Origin: an uncultured Thermotogae bacterium
Lineage (GTDB): Bacteria > Bipolaricaulota > Bipolaricaulia > RBG-16-55-9
Direction: 5' to 3'
DNA: 64,000 bases
Assembly (NCBI GenBank): GCA_964567595.1
Contig: CAZMNF010000005.1
Coordinates: 305 to 64,304, forward strand
The position numbers and the translations under genes are program-made. Under the pieces are notes generated by a model. The model was given only the letters and a program-made list of their open reading frames with translations. It made no database searches and was not told the DNA's origin. Positions 34,932 to 43,861 of the stretch are shown here, piece by piece. Every line of letters begins with the position of its first letter. Position 1 is the stretch's first letter.

Positions 34932-34946
34932 CGATAGCATACGACA

Positions 34947-35195
34947 ATGGCGCGAACCGTGACCCTGTATAGCAAGCCCGAGTGCCCCCTCTGCGACAAG
35001 GCTGAAGCCCAACTGCGCACGCTTCTCGCCTCGACATGGACGCTCGAGGTCGTCGACATCACCCAGGACGACAACTTGTACGCTCGCTATTGGGCCCAGA
35101 TCCCGGTCATCGCGTTCGCGGATGGCCCGACGCTCTACGCGCCGATCGAGGAGGCCGAGCTACGACGGGTGCTCCGCCGTCAGCAGGCTGCCTGA
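34947..35195 (+). CDS. Glutaredoxin-like small thioredoxin-fold protein
   Basis: 82 aa with VTLYSKPECPLCDKA (CxxC) and a later IPVI motif. Confidence 0.75.
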   Translation: MARTVTLYSKPECPLCDKAEAQLRTLLASTWTLEVVDITQDDNLYARYWAQIPVIAFADGPTLYAPIEEAELRRVLRRQQAA

Positions 35196-35657
35196 CTACC
35201 AGCGCTGATACGCCGGGTGGCCCGGTGGAACGACGATGAACGTGCCGCGGAACGTGGCGCAGAGTTCCCCTTGGGCGAGCAGCTCGGACTCGACCGTGAC
35301 TCGGTCCGACTGGATCTCAACGGCCCGGCCGCGCAGCTCAATGGGGGCCTCCGTCGGGGTGGGGCGCCGAAATTTGACTTCGTACTTGCCGGTCACGGTG
35401 GCCGGCGGGTGATCGAGATCATGCTGTTGCATCATGTGCCACAAGCCGGTCCAGTTGGAGTGGCAGTCGAAGAGCGTCCCGATGACCCCGCCGTTCAAGA
35501 TATTGGGGGCCGCCTCGTATCGGGTTTCCGGCTGCCAGCGCGTGAGAACGTCGTCGCCCGTCGGAAAACTCTTGATTTGGAGTCCGTCCGGATTGGCCGG
35601 GCCGCAGCCGAAGCAGACGTTGGCCGGTGCGTAGATCTGTTGCAGACTATTCGCCAT
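35196..35657 (-). CDS. Hotdog-fold (PaaI-like) thioesterase
   Basis: N-terminal CFGCGPANPDGLQI and the hotdog core LNGGVIGTLFDCHSNW. 153 aa. Confidence 0.7.
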   Translation of the reverse strand: MANSLQQIYAPANVCFGCGPANPDGLQIKSFPTGDDVLTRWQPETRYEAAPNILNGGVIGTLFDCHSNWTGLWHMMQQHDLDHPPATVTGKYEVKFRRPTPTEAPIELRGRAVEIQSDRVTVESELLAQGELCATFRGTFIVVPPGHPAYQRW

Positions 35658-35692
35658 GACGCCGTATTATAGGTGCCAAGGGGATACGGGCG

Positions 35693-37885
35693 CTACAGCG
35701 TCAAGCTCTGCGGATCGACGTCGACCTTGATCGACGCCGGGAAGCGGCCCTCGCGCAATTGCGGCTCGAGCTGCGCAAGCGTCCCTTGGAGGTTTTTCGT
35801 CTTGACGATCAACTGCCAGCGATAGATTCCCCGCAGCCGATAGGGCAACGCCCGGAACGGGCCGAGCATCTCCGTTCCCTTGCCGAGCGCAACGTCCAGA
35901 GCTGCGTGGAGAGCGTCGGCCCCGTTGCGGGCTTGGGCCTCGGTCTTGTCCTCGCTCGTCAGTTTGACGAGCCGGGTGAAGGGCGGATAGCCGAGCGCCT
36001 CGCGGTACGTCCGTTCCTCGTGGAAAAACGCGGCGTAGTCCCCACGGACGGCACGGGCGATGGCGTAGTGCTCGGGGTGATTGGTCTGGATGAGAACCTG
36101 CCCTTGCCGACCGCCCCGACCCGCGCGACCCATCGCCTGGCTGATCAATTGGAAGGTCCGTTCGCCCGAGCGGAAGTCCGGCACGTCGAGCAGCGTGTCG
36201 GCCGAGAGGATGCCGACGAGCGTCGCATTGGGAAAGTCCAGTCCCAAGCCGATCATCTGGGTGCCCAAGAGGATGTCGATCTCGCCGCGTCGGAAGCTCT
36301 CCAAGCGTTGCCCGTGTTCACCTCGGCCGACCGTGTCGGCATCCATGCGGGCCACGCGAGCGCTCGGAAACGTGGCTCGCAGCTCATGCTCGGCCTGTTC
36401 CGTGCCGCGCCCCAGAAAGACCACGTCGCTCGAGCCGCACGCCCGACAGGCGGCGCTCGCCGGGACATGGCGCCCGCAGGTATGGCAGACCAAGCGCTGG
36501 CCGCGCGCGTGATAGACGAGCGCGACCTCGCACTGGGGACAGGTCTGGGTCGCGCGGCAGTCGCGACAGAGGACGCACGTGGCGAAGCCGCGGCGGTTGA
36601 GCAAGAGCATGGCCTGCTCCCCGCGCGCCATCCGATGCGCGAGCGCCGCCTCGAGGCGGGGACTCAAGACTTGATCTTGGCCACCCAGGTCGACAACTTC
36701 CCCAAGGGGCGGCGTGCCGCCGACGGCCCGTTCGCTCAGCGTGAGCTTCTGCAGGCTGCCCCGTCGGGCGCGCTCGTAGGTCTCGATCGCCGGGGTGGCG
36801 GTGCCCAGCACCACGGTCGCCCCTTCGAGCTCGCCCCGCTTGAGTGCCACCTCGCGCGCGTGATAGCGCGGCTGTGGATCCTCCTGTTTGTAGGTCCCCT
36901 CGTGCTCCTCGTCGACGACGATCAGCCCCAAATTCTCAACAGGCGCCAAAATCGCCGACCGCACGCCGACGGCGATCCGCACGTCGCCGTCGACCAGGCG
37001 CGTCCACTCGCGGTCCCGTTGCGCGTCGGTCAGGCCGCTATGATAGAGCGCGATAGCGTCGCCGAACCGCGCCCGCAGCCGGGCGATCAGTTGTGGCGTG
37101 AGCGAGATCTCGGGCACGATGACGATGGCGCCCCGACCGAGCTCAAGCCCGTGCTGGAGAGCCTGGAGATAGACTTCGGTCTTGCCGCTCGCGTTGACCC
37201 CGTGCATGAGGAACCGCCCGCGCCGTCGATCCATGGCCCCCCGAATGGCTTGCAACGCCTCCAGTTGTTCCGCTGTGAGCGAGATGTCAGATGGAGGTTC
37301 GCCCAAGCCCGACGCCACGCGGCGCGGACGGGAGCTCGTCTCCACAGCGACGATCCCCTTGGCCTCCAGGGACTTGAGCGGGCCCGACGTGCAGCCGACC
37401 GCCCGCAAGAGGTCGGATACCTCGGGCGCGGCTTCGCAGGCGATCAACGTCTCCAACAATGCCGCCTGCTGAGGAGCGCGACGCCGCAACGTCTCGATCA
37501 ACTCGAGGGTGTCGGCAAGCGATGGAACCAGGCGGACGTGACGACGCACTTGGGGGTCGCGCCGCAGCAGTCGCTTCGGCCCCATGGCCGCCAACGCCAG
37601 CCCGAGCGGCGCGAGATAGCGCTCGCTGATCCAGCGGGCGAGCGCCAGTTGGGCCTCGTTGAGGATGGGCTCGGCGTCGACCGCGCCCGCGATCGATTTC
37701 AGCTCGCCGGGAAAGTCGCTCTCGGCTTTGCGAGCGACAACCGTCGCGATGAGCGTTTCGTGGCGGAAGGGGACTCGGACCCGCATCCCGGCGTCAAGCG
37801 TCGCTCGGAGCTCGGCCGGAACCGCGTAGTCGAACGTCCGGCGGACGTCGCGCGGCACGGCCACCTCGGCAATAGGGGCAGGCAT
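35693..37885 (-). CDS. priA: Primosomal protein N' (replication restart helicase)
   Basis: Walker A GVNASGKTEV and DEAH-like VVDEEHE. Zn-binding Cys cluster CRDCRATQTCPQCEVALVYHARGQRLVCHTCG...CRACGS. Confidence 0.92.
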   Translation of the reverse strand: MPAPIAEVAVPRDVRRTFDYAVPAELRATLDAGMRVRVPFRHETLIATVVARKAESDFPGELKSIAGAVDAEPILNEAQLALARWISERYLAPLGLALAAMGPKRLLRRDPQVRRHVRLVPSLADTLELIETLRRRAPQQAALLETLIACEAAPEVSDLLRAVGCTSGPLKSLEAKGIVAVETSSRPRRVASGLGEPPSDISLTAEQLEALQAIRGAMDRRRGRFLMHGVNASGKTEVYLQALQHGLELGRGAIVIVPEISLTPQLIARLRARFGDAIALYHSGLTDAQRDREWTRLVDGDVRIAVGVRSAILAPVENLGLIVVDEEHEGTYKQEDPQPRYHAREVALKRGELEGATVVLGTATPAIETYERARRGSLQKLTLSERAVGGTPPLGEVVDLGGQDQVLSPRLEAALAHRMARGEQAMLLLNRRGFATCVLCRDCRATQTCPQCEVALVYHARGQRLVCHTCGRHVPASAACRACGSSDVVFLGRGTEQAEHELRATFPSARVARMDADTVGRGEHGQRLESFRRGEIDILLGTQMIGLGLDFPNATLVGILSADTLLDVPDFRSGERTFQLISQAMGRAGRGGRQGQVLIQTNHPEHYAIARAVRGDYAAFFHEERTYREALGYPPFTRLVKLTSEDKTEAQARNGADALHAALDVALGKGTEMLGPFRALPYRLRGIYRWQLIVKTKNLQGTLAQLEPQLREGRFPASIKVDVDPQSLTL

Positions 37886-37916
37886 GCGGTCAGGCTATCA
37901 GATCATCGAGCAGGGC

Positions 37917-38597
37917 TCACGCGTCGGACTGGATTTGGCCGTCATGAAGGCGGATCGCGCGCTCGGCGCACCCGGCCGCCCGGGCGTCGTGGGTCGCGAG
38001 CACGATGGCGAGCCCTTCGTGGTGGAGCTCGCCCAAAAGATCAAGAATGTTGGCGCCGGTAGCGGCATCGAGGTTGCCCGTCGGCTCATCGGCCAAGAGC
38101 ATCTCGGGCTCGCCCACCAGCGCCCGCGCCAGCGCGACGCGCTGTTGCTCGCCGCCGGAGAGCTCCTCGGGCCGGTGGTGGCTCCGCTCGGCCAACCCCA
38201 CGCGATCGAGCAGGGCCAGCGCGCGCTCGCGCCGAGGCCCCGGCGCCACGCCGCGAAACAGGAGCGGGACGGCGGCGTTTTCCAATGCCGTCAGCGTCGG
38301 CACCAGTTGGAACGTCTGGAAGACGAAGCCGACGTGTTGGGCCCGCCAGTCGGCCAGTTGCGTTGGGTTGCGTTGCGCGAGATCCTGCCCCCGGTGGCGA
38401 ACGCGGCCGTCGCTCGGGAGATCGAGCCCCCCTAACAGATGGAGCAACGTCGACTTGCCCGATCCCGATGGACCGACGAGCGCGAGAAACTCGCCTTCCG
38501 CCACCGTCAGATCGACGCCTTGCAAGGCCCTGACTGTGGAACGTCCGAGCCGATAGAGCTTGGAGACGCGTTCACACGCGAGCAACGGCGCCGTCAT
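37917..38597 (-). CDS. ABC transporter ATP-binding protein (LolD/MacB/FtsE-like)
   Basis: Start at ATG 38597 (MTAPLLACERVSKLY). Walker A GPSGSGKST, signature LSGGEQQRVALARAL and Walker B LLADEPTGNLD. Confidence 0.88.
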   Translation of the reverse strand: MTAPLLACERVSKLYRLGRSTVRALQGVDLTVAEGEFLALVGPSGSGKSTLLHLLGGLDLPSDGRVRHRGQDLAQRNPTQLADWRAQHVGFVFQTFQLVPTLTALENAAVPLLFRGVAPGPRRERALALLDRVGLAERSHHRPEELSGGEQQRVALARALVGEPEMLLADEPTGNLDAATGANILDLLGELHHEGLAIVLATHDARAAGCAERAIRLHDGQIQSDA

Positions 38598-40056
38598 GCC
38601 ACGCTCCAACGGCGTCGATGACGCCCAAGCGGACCAGATGCTCGCGATCGTTGAAGGGAACAAGGCGGTCCTTGTACGTGAGTGTCCGCTCGTGGCCCTT
38701 GCCCGCGATCAACACGACGTCCCCTGGCCGAGCCAACTCAACCGCCCGCTCGATGGCCGCGGCGCGGTCGGAGATGCGCTCGTAACGGGCGCCGGCCGGA
38801 ATGCCGCTTTCGATCTCGTCGAGGATCGTCTCGGGATTCTCGCCCTTCGGGTTGTCGCCGGTCACGACCGTGATGTCGGCCAGTCGGGCACTCAGCGCGC
38901 CCATCATGGGCCGCTTGTCGCGGTCGGCATCCCCGCCACAGCCGAAAACGGCGATCAGCCGTCCCGCGTCGGGGCGGAGCGTCCGCAGCGCCTGCTCGAG
39001 GGAGTCGGGCGAGTGGGCGAAGTCGATGACGACGCCGAACCCGCGCGAACTCTCGTAGCGCTCCATGCGCCCCTCAATGCGGTCGATGCCCTCCAGACGC
39101 GTGGCGATCGTTTCCAACGGGATTCCATTGGCAATCCCCACGCTGAGGGCCGCCAATGCGTTGCGCACGTAGATGTGCCCGGGCCAGCCGACCTCGATGG
39201 GGACGGAACCCGACGGCGTGTGCGCGACCACGGACGTCCCGGCGCCGCGCTTGTCGCGAACCTCGGCCCACACGTCAGCCTCGCGGGTCAAACCGAACGT
39301 TAAGACGGGGGCATCGCTGGCTTGGACGACCCGGTCCGCGCGCGGATCGTCGCGGTTCACGACGGCCGTTGCGCTCGGCTTCAGATCCCGGAACAAGGTC
39401 AGCTTTGCGTCCAGGTATCGCTCCATGGATCCGAAATAGTCGAGGTGGTCGTGGCTCAAATTGGTGAAGACGGCCACGTCGACGTCCGTGGCATGGAGTC
39501 GGTCCTGGACGAGGCCGTGCGCGGACGCTTCGACGACGAGATGCTCTCGCTCGGCGTCCAACGCCCCTCGAGCGATGGCCTGAATGTCGCGCGCGCTCGG
39601 CGTCGTCTCCTCGCGGTCCCGTTGGAGCGCGTTGGTGATCGTGCTGATGAGCGCCGTCCGTTCGGGGTGGAGCGCTGCGGAGCTCAGATGGGCCACGGAG
39701 GTTTTGCCCTTGGTACCCGTCGTGGCAACCACATGGAGCGGTTCGGTGGGGCGGCCATGGAACGCGGCGGCCAGATCGCCCAGGGCGCGCCGGGCGTCGG
39801 GGACGCGGATGTAGGGGACATCCAAGGTCAGCGACAGGCTCGACGGCGGACGCTCGCCGACCAGGGCCACCGCGCCCCGCTCGAGCGCGTGCGCGAGGAA
39901 TCGATGGCCGTCCACGTCGTGGCCCGGAATGGCCACAAAGAGCGCGCTCGGCGTCACTGAACGCGAGTCGTGCTCGAGGTGGTCAATCAACGGGTCGTGG
40001 GGCAGCTCCGCCGCGTCGAGCGACGCGCGTTGCAACAGCGTCGACAGCCGCATCAT
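38572..40056 (-). CDS. murE: UDP-N-acetylmuramoyl-L-alanyl-D-glutamate--2,6-diaminopimelate ligase
   Basis: TGTKGKTS P-loop, Mur ligase central and C-terminal domains, and a DNPR-like motif (GDNPKGENPE). Confidence 0.9.
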   Translation of the reverse strand: MMRLSTLLQRASLDAAELPHDPLIDHLEHDSRSVTPSALFVAIPGHDVDGHRFLAHALERGAVALVGERPPSSLSLTLDVPYIRVPDARRALGDLAAAFHGRPTEPLHVVATTGTKGKTSVAHLSSAALHPERTALISTITNALQRDREETTPSARDIQAIARGALDAEREHLVVEASAHGLVQDRLHATDVDVAVFTNLSHDHLDYFGSMERYLDAKLTLFRDLKPSATAVVNRDDPRADRVVQASDAPVLTFGLTREADVWAEVRDKRGAGTSVVAHTPSGSVPIEVGWPGHIYVRNALAALSVGIANGIPLETIATRLEGIDRIEGRMERYESSRGFGVVIDFAHSPDSLEQALRTLRPDAGRLIAVFGCGGDADRDKRPMMGALSARLADITVVTGDNPKGENPETILDEIESGIPAGARYERISDRAAAIERAVELARPGDVVLIAGKGHERTLTYKDRLVPFNDREHLVRLGVIDAVGAWHDGAVARV

Positions 40057-40073
40057 GGGGAGAGCGTAACGCC

Positions 40074-40092
40074 GACGGGGCCCAGCCGTCGT
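40074..40092 (-). terminator. Short hairpin between gyrB stop and murE start
   Basis: cgacgg-ggcccag-ccgtcg (6-bp stem) with no U-tract. A weak candidate. Confidence 0.2.
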
Positions 40093-40094
40093 GC

Positions 40095-42074
40095 TCAGAT
40101 GTCCAGGTTCGTCGTCATGTCCGCGTTGTCCATGATGAACTGGCGCCGCGGTCCGACGTCGCTGCCCATCAAAATCGTGAAGAGCTCTTCGGCCTCGAGA
40201 GCGTCCTCGATCTGGACCTGTTTGAGCACGCGGTTCTCCGGATTGAGCGTCGTGTTCCAGAGCTCGTTCGGGTTCATCTCGCCGAGCCCCTTGAAGCGCT
40301 TCATGTCCAGCTTGCCCGTGTGCTCGGCCCGGAAGTTGGTCAGTTCCTCCTCATCGTGGAGGTGATGGAGCTGTCGCCCCTCTTTGATCTGATACAAGGG
40401 GGGCTTGGCGATGTAGATGTGCCCGCCTTCGATGAGCGGGCGGAAGTTGCGGAAGAAGAACGTCAACAACAACGTCCGGATGTGGGCGCCGTCAACGTCG
40501 GCATCGGCCAGGATGATGATCTTGTGATAGCGGAGGTTCTCAATGTTGAAGTCTTCGCGGATGCCGGTGCCGAGCACGGTGATGATCGAGTTCAGCTCCT
40601 TGTTGTCCAGGAGCTTGTTGAGCGGGGCCTTTTCGACATTCAGCACCTTCCCCCGCAGCGGGAGAATGGCTTGGAACTCGCGACTGCGGCCCTGCTTGGC
40701 GCTGCCGCCGGCGGAATCGCCTTCGACGATGAACAGCTCGCACTGTTCGGGATCCTTCTCCGAGCAGTCCGCCAGTTTGCCCGGCAGCGACGAGGCATTG
40801 AGCACGCCCTTGCGCCGCACCAGCTGACGGGCCTTCTTGGCCGCGATGCGGGCATGGGCCGCCTGGACCGCCTTCTCCAGAATCGGCCGCGCTACCCCGG
40901 CGTTGTTGTTCAGATACATCATCAGATGCTCGCGCGTCACGCTGAGCATCTTCTCGTGGACCTCGGGATTGCCGAGCTTGGTCTTGGTCTGTCCCTCGAA
41001 CTGCGGATCGCTCAGCTTGACCGAGATGATTGCCGTCAGCCCCTCGCGGACGTCCCGGCCCTCCAGGTTATCCTCGTCCTGGGTGATGATGCGCTTTTCC
41101 CGGCCGTATTCGTTGAACGTTCGGGTTAGCGCCGACTTGAACCCCGTGAGGTGCGTGCCGCCCTCCTTGGTGTTGATGTTGTTGGCGAACGCGAAGACGT
41201 GCTCGTCGAAGCCATGCGTGAACTGCATGGCGACTTCCATGACGAGGTCGTCCGTCTCGGCGCTGAAGTAGATCGGCTCGTCGTGGAGCGCGTCCTTGCC
41301 CTCGTTCAGTTTCTGCACGAACTCCGCAATGCCGCCGTCGAATTGGAATTCCTTGTGCGTGCCAGCGTCCTCGTTGATGAAGTTGATCTTGAGGCTCGGG
41401 TTGAGATACGCCAGCTCGCGCAGCCGCATGGAGACCCGGCTAACGTCGTACTGAATCTCCTCAAAAATCGCCTCATCGGGCTTGAAGGTGATGGTCGTTC
41501 CGCGCCCGTCGGTCGGGCCGACCGTCTCAAGATCGCCGGCCTTGAAGCCGCGGGAGAAGCGCTGGCGATAGTGAGTTCCGTCGCGCTGGACCTCGACGAG
41601 CACGTCCTCGGACAGCGCGGTGACGACCGATACGCCGACGCCGTGCAGCCCGCCGCTGACCTGATAGCTCTTGTGATCGAACTTGCCACCCGCGTGGAGC
41701 TTGGTCATGACCAGCTCCAGCGCCGTTAGGCCCTCTTCGTGCATGTCCACAGGGATGCCACGGCCGTTGTCGCTGACCGTCACCCGATGGTCCGGATGGA
41801 TGGTGACGGTGATCTCGTCACAGTAGCCGCCGAGCGCCTCGTCGATGGCGTTGTCCAGGACCTCCCAAATCAGGTGCATCAGCCCGTCGGGGCCCGTGCC
41901 GCCGATGTACATGCCCGGACGCTTGCGGACCGCTTCCAGGTCCTTGAGGACCTGAATGCTTTCGGCGCCATAACCGTCGCCGACGGGCGTATGGGCGTCG
42001 GCACCGTTCTCAGCATGTTGGGCCTGTTCGGCGTTGCTCAACTGCTCGTCCGTGGATGGATCGTTCGTGGACAT
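40095..42074 (-). CDS. gyrB: DNA gyrase subunit B
   Basis: LEAVRKRPGMYIGGT, GLHGVGVSVVTALS, the EGDSAGGSAKQGR Toprim motif and a C-terminal ...DMTTNLDI. Confidence 0.95.
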   Translation of the reverse strand: MSTNDPSTDEQLSNAEQAQHAENGADAHTPVGDGYGAESIQVLKDLEAVRKRPGMYIGGTGPDGLMHLIWEVLDNAIDEALGGYCDEITVTIHPDHRVTVSDNGRGIPVDMHEEGLTALELVMTKLHAGGKFDHKSYQVSGGLHGVGVSVVTALSEDVLVEVQRDGTHYRQRFSRGFKAGDLETVGPTDGRGTTITFKPDEAIFEEIQYDVSRVSMRLRELAYLNPSLKINFINEDAGTHKEFQFDGGIAEFVQKLNEGKDALHDEPIYFSAETDDLVMEVAMQFTHGFDEHVFAFANNINTKEGGTHLTGFKSALTRTFNEYGREKRIITQDEDNLEGRDVREGLTAIISVKLSDPQFEGQTKTKLGNPEVHEKMLSVTREHLMMYLNNNAGVARPILEKAVQAAHARIAAKKARQLVRRKGVLNASSLPGKLADCSEKDPEQCELFIVEGDSAGGSAKQGRSREFQAILPLRGKVLNVEKAPLNKLLDNKELNSIITVLGTGIREDFNIENLRYHKIIILADADVDGAHIRTLLLTFFFRNFRPLIEGGHIYIAKPPLYQIKEGRQLHHLHDEEELTNFRAEHTGKLDMKRFKGLGEMNPNELWNTTLNPENRVLKQVQIEDALEAEELFTILMGSDVGPRRQFIMDNADMTTNLDI

Positions 42075-42151
42075 GGCTCACCCCCGCAAGGTTCGATCCT
42101 TCGTCGCCAACGCGTGATAAGCCGCGCTCGTAACCTGTCTGCGGCTCGGTG

Positions 42152-42179
42152 TTGACGGTTGCCAACAGATGGTTAATTG
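42152..42179 (+). promoter_or_regulatory. Candidate promoter for coaX (its -10 overlaps the gyrB -10 on the other strand)
   Basis: TTGACG-16 nt-TAATTG, about 90 nt upstream of ATG 42270. Confidence 0.35.
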
Positions 42180-42204
42180 TACCGAATTTCGCATCAGAAG
42201 GCAA
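42176..42204 (-). promoter_or_regulatory. Sigma-70-like promoter for gyrB
   Basis: Minus strand reads TTGCCT-17 nt-TACAAT in a locally AT-richer stretch, about 100 nt upstream of ATG 42074. Confidence 0.5.
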
Positions 42205-42269
42205 AAGACATACGTCCAGATCGAATCCGCGTTTGCCGTCGCCGCCCACCTCGCCTACGATGAGACGCC

Positions 42270-43043
42270 ATGCTCCTTACGGTCAAAGTCGGCAACACGA
42301 CCATCGCCGTCGGCGTGTTCCGCGGAACCGAGCTGTGCGCCGAGTGGCATGTGGCGACGCGCTACGACGCGACGCCTGACGAATTGGGCATGGCGTTCGT
42401 CCACTATTTGGATGCGCATGGAGTCGACAGGGACGCGCTGGACGACGTCATGATCAGCTCGGTGGTCCCGCCGCTCAACTGGGCCCTCTCGCTGGCCTGT
42501 CAGCGTTACCTGAAGCTGGATCCGACGTACCTGTCCGCCGATTGGAACCTGATGCCGCTCGAGGTGCGCGAGCCGGAGCGAGTCGGCTCCGACCGGCTGG
42601 CGGACTGCCTGGCGGCCTATGATCAGTACGGCGGTCCCCTTCTAGTGATCGACTTCGGCACGGCGACGACGTTCAACCTGATCGGGGAGGACGGGACCTT
42701 TCTCGGGGGGGCCATCGGGCCGACCATGGAGCTGGCCTCCGAGACGCTGACCCGTCGCACGGCACAGCTGTTCAAGATCGAGCTGCTGCCGCCCCCGAGC
42801 GTCATCGGCAAGGACACCGCCGAGCACCTACAGTCGGGCATCGTCTTGGGCTTTCTCGACATGGTTCAGGGCATGATCCAGCGCTTCCACCGGGAACATC
42901 CGGCGTCGTTGCGCGTGATCGCCACCGGGGGATGGGGGCGGTTCTTCGCGGCTCAGCTGGATGACATTGAACTCTACGATCCGCAACTGGCCCTCGACGG
43001 GCTGCGCATCGCTTGGGAGCGTCAGATGGGGCGTTCGGCCTAA
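42270..43043 (+). CDS. coaX: Type III pantothenate kinase
   Basis: MLLTVKVGNTTIAVGVF, VIDFGTATTF, and the GGAIGPT and ATGG motifs of the CoaX/ASKHA fold. Confidence 0.88.
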   Translation: MLLTVKVGNTTIAVGVFRGTELCAEWHVATRYDATPDELGMAFVHYLDAHGVDRDALDDVMISSVVPPLNWALSLACQRYLKLDPTYLSADWNLMPLEVREPERVGSDRLADCLAAYDQYGGPLLVIDFGTATTFNLIGEDGTFLGGAIGPTMELASETLTRRTAQLFKIELLPPPSVIGKDTAEHLQSGIVLGFLDMVQGMIQRFHREHPASLRVIATGGWGRFFAAQLDDIELYDPQLALDGLRIAWERQMGRSA

Positions 43044-43384
43044 CGCCGCCGGACGTGCAAGCGACGCTTGGCCCGCTCGTAGGTCCGAGCCCGACATGCC
43101 CGCGGCGTCCACGTCGTCCCGACGCCCGTCCACACCTCGCAGTCCACGATGCGCTCGAGCTTATCCGGCGGAATGCGGGGCTCGTCGACGATCGTCCCGT
43201 TGCCGTCGAGCATCTCGACGGGAATGCCGTCGGCGATCTTCACATACAGGAGCCGGATCCGGCTGCCCTTGGTCCGTTGGATGCGAATCCGTCGGTATTG
43301 GACCTCGGCAATTTCGTCGACGACGTCGGCCCGACGAACGTCCCGGAAGGGCAGCTCACGCATGCGGAGTCCACGGCGGCCCAT
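43040..43384 (-). CDS. Hypothetical basic 114-aa protein
   Basis: GC3-rich codon usage typical of this genome. Arg-rich termini flank a central LLYVKIADGIPVEMLDGNGTIVDEP segment. No recognised domain. The stop overlaps the coaX stop by 4 nt. Confidence 0.5.
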   Translation of the reverse strand: MGRRGLRMRELPFRDVRRADVVDEIAEVQYRRIRIQRTKGSRIRLLYVKIADGIPVEMLDGNGTIVDEPRIPPDKLERIVDCEVWTGVGTTWTPRACRARTYERAKRRLHVRRR

Positions 43385-43392
43385 TACGTCTC

Positions 43393-43421
43393 ATGAAACC
43401 CGATAGGCCCCCTGAGGTCAA
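43393..43421 (-). promoter_or_regulatory. Candidate leaderless-type promoter for the 114-aa ORF
   Basis: Minus strand reads TTGACC-17 nt-TTTCAT. The -10 ends 8 nt before ATG 43384. Confidence 0.3.
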
Positions 43422-43537
43422 TATCAGTCGTCCCTGGCGGGCCCATACGCCCCAAAGCGCGCAACGACAGGCGATAGTGGCTTTGCTTCGGCGCCCCCTG
43501 TCTGCTACCGTAGGGATCATAGATTGGAGGGACCACC

Positions 43538-43849
43538 ATGCTCGGAGGCATTGGCGCACCGGAACTGATTGTGATCTTCGCCATCGTGCTGCTGCTCTTC
43601 GGCGGCAAGAAGCTGCCGGAAGTGGCCAAGTCCATGGGCAGTGCGATGCGGGCTTTCCGCGACGAAGCCAACTCGCTCAAGCGCGAGATCGACCTGGAAG
43701 CCGAGTCGGAAACGTCGGGCTCGTCGTCGCAGGGCACGCAGGCGTCGGCGGCCGACGCAAACGATTCGGAAACGGACAGCGAGACGACTCAGCCAACGTC
43801 GGAGACATCGACGACCGAGACAGAGGACGACAAGTCCCCATACAGCTGA
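43538..43849 (+). CDS. tatA: Twin-arginine translocase subunit TatA/E
   Basis: MLGGIGAPELIVIFAIVLLLFGGKKLPEVAKSMGSAMRAFRDE, followed by an acidic S/T/E tail. GGAGGG SD. Confidence 0.9.
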   Translation: MLGGIGAPELIVIFAIVLLLFGGKKLPEVAKSMGSAMRAFRDEANSLKREIDLEAESETSGSSSQGTQASAADANDSETDSETTQPTSETSTTETEDDKSPYS

Positions 43850-43861
43850 GCGGGCGATACT

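Noticed and set aside
35759-38062. 767-aa plus-strand ORF
   Set aside because: It is antisense to priA and the ABC ATPase, both with unambiguous motifs. Its composition is Arg/Gly/Ala-biased and no domain is recognisable.
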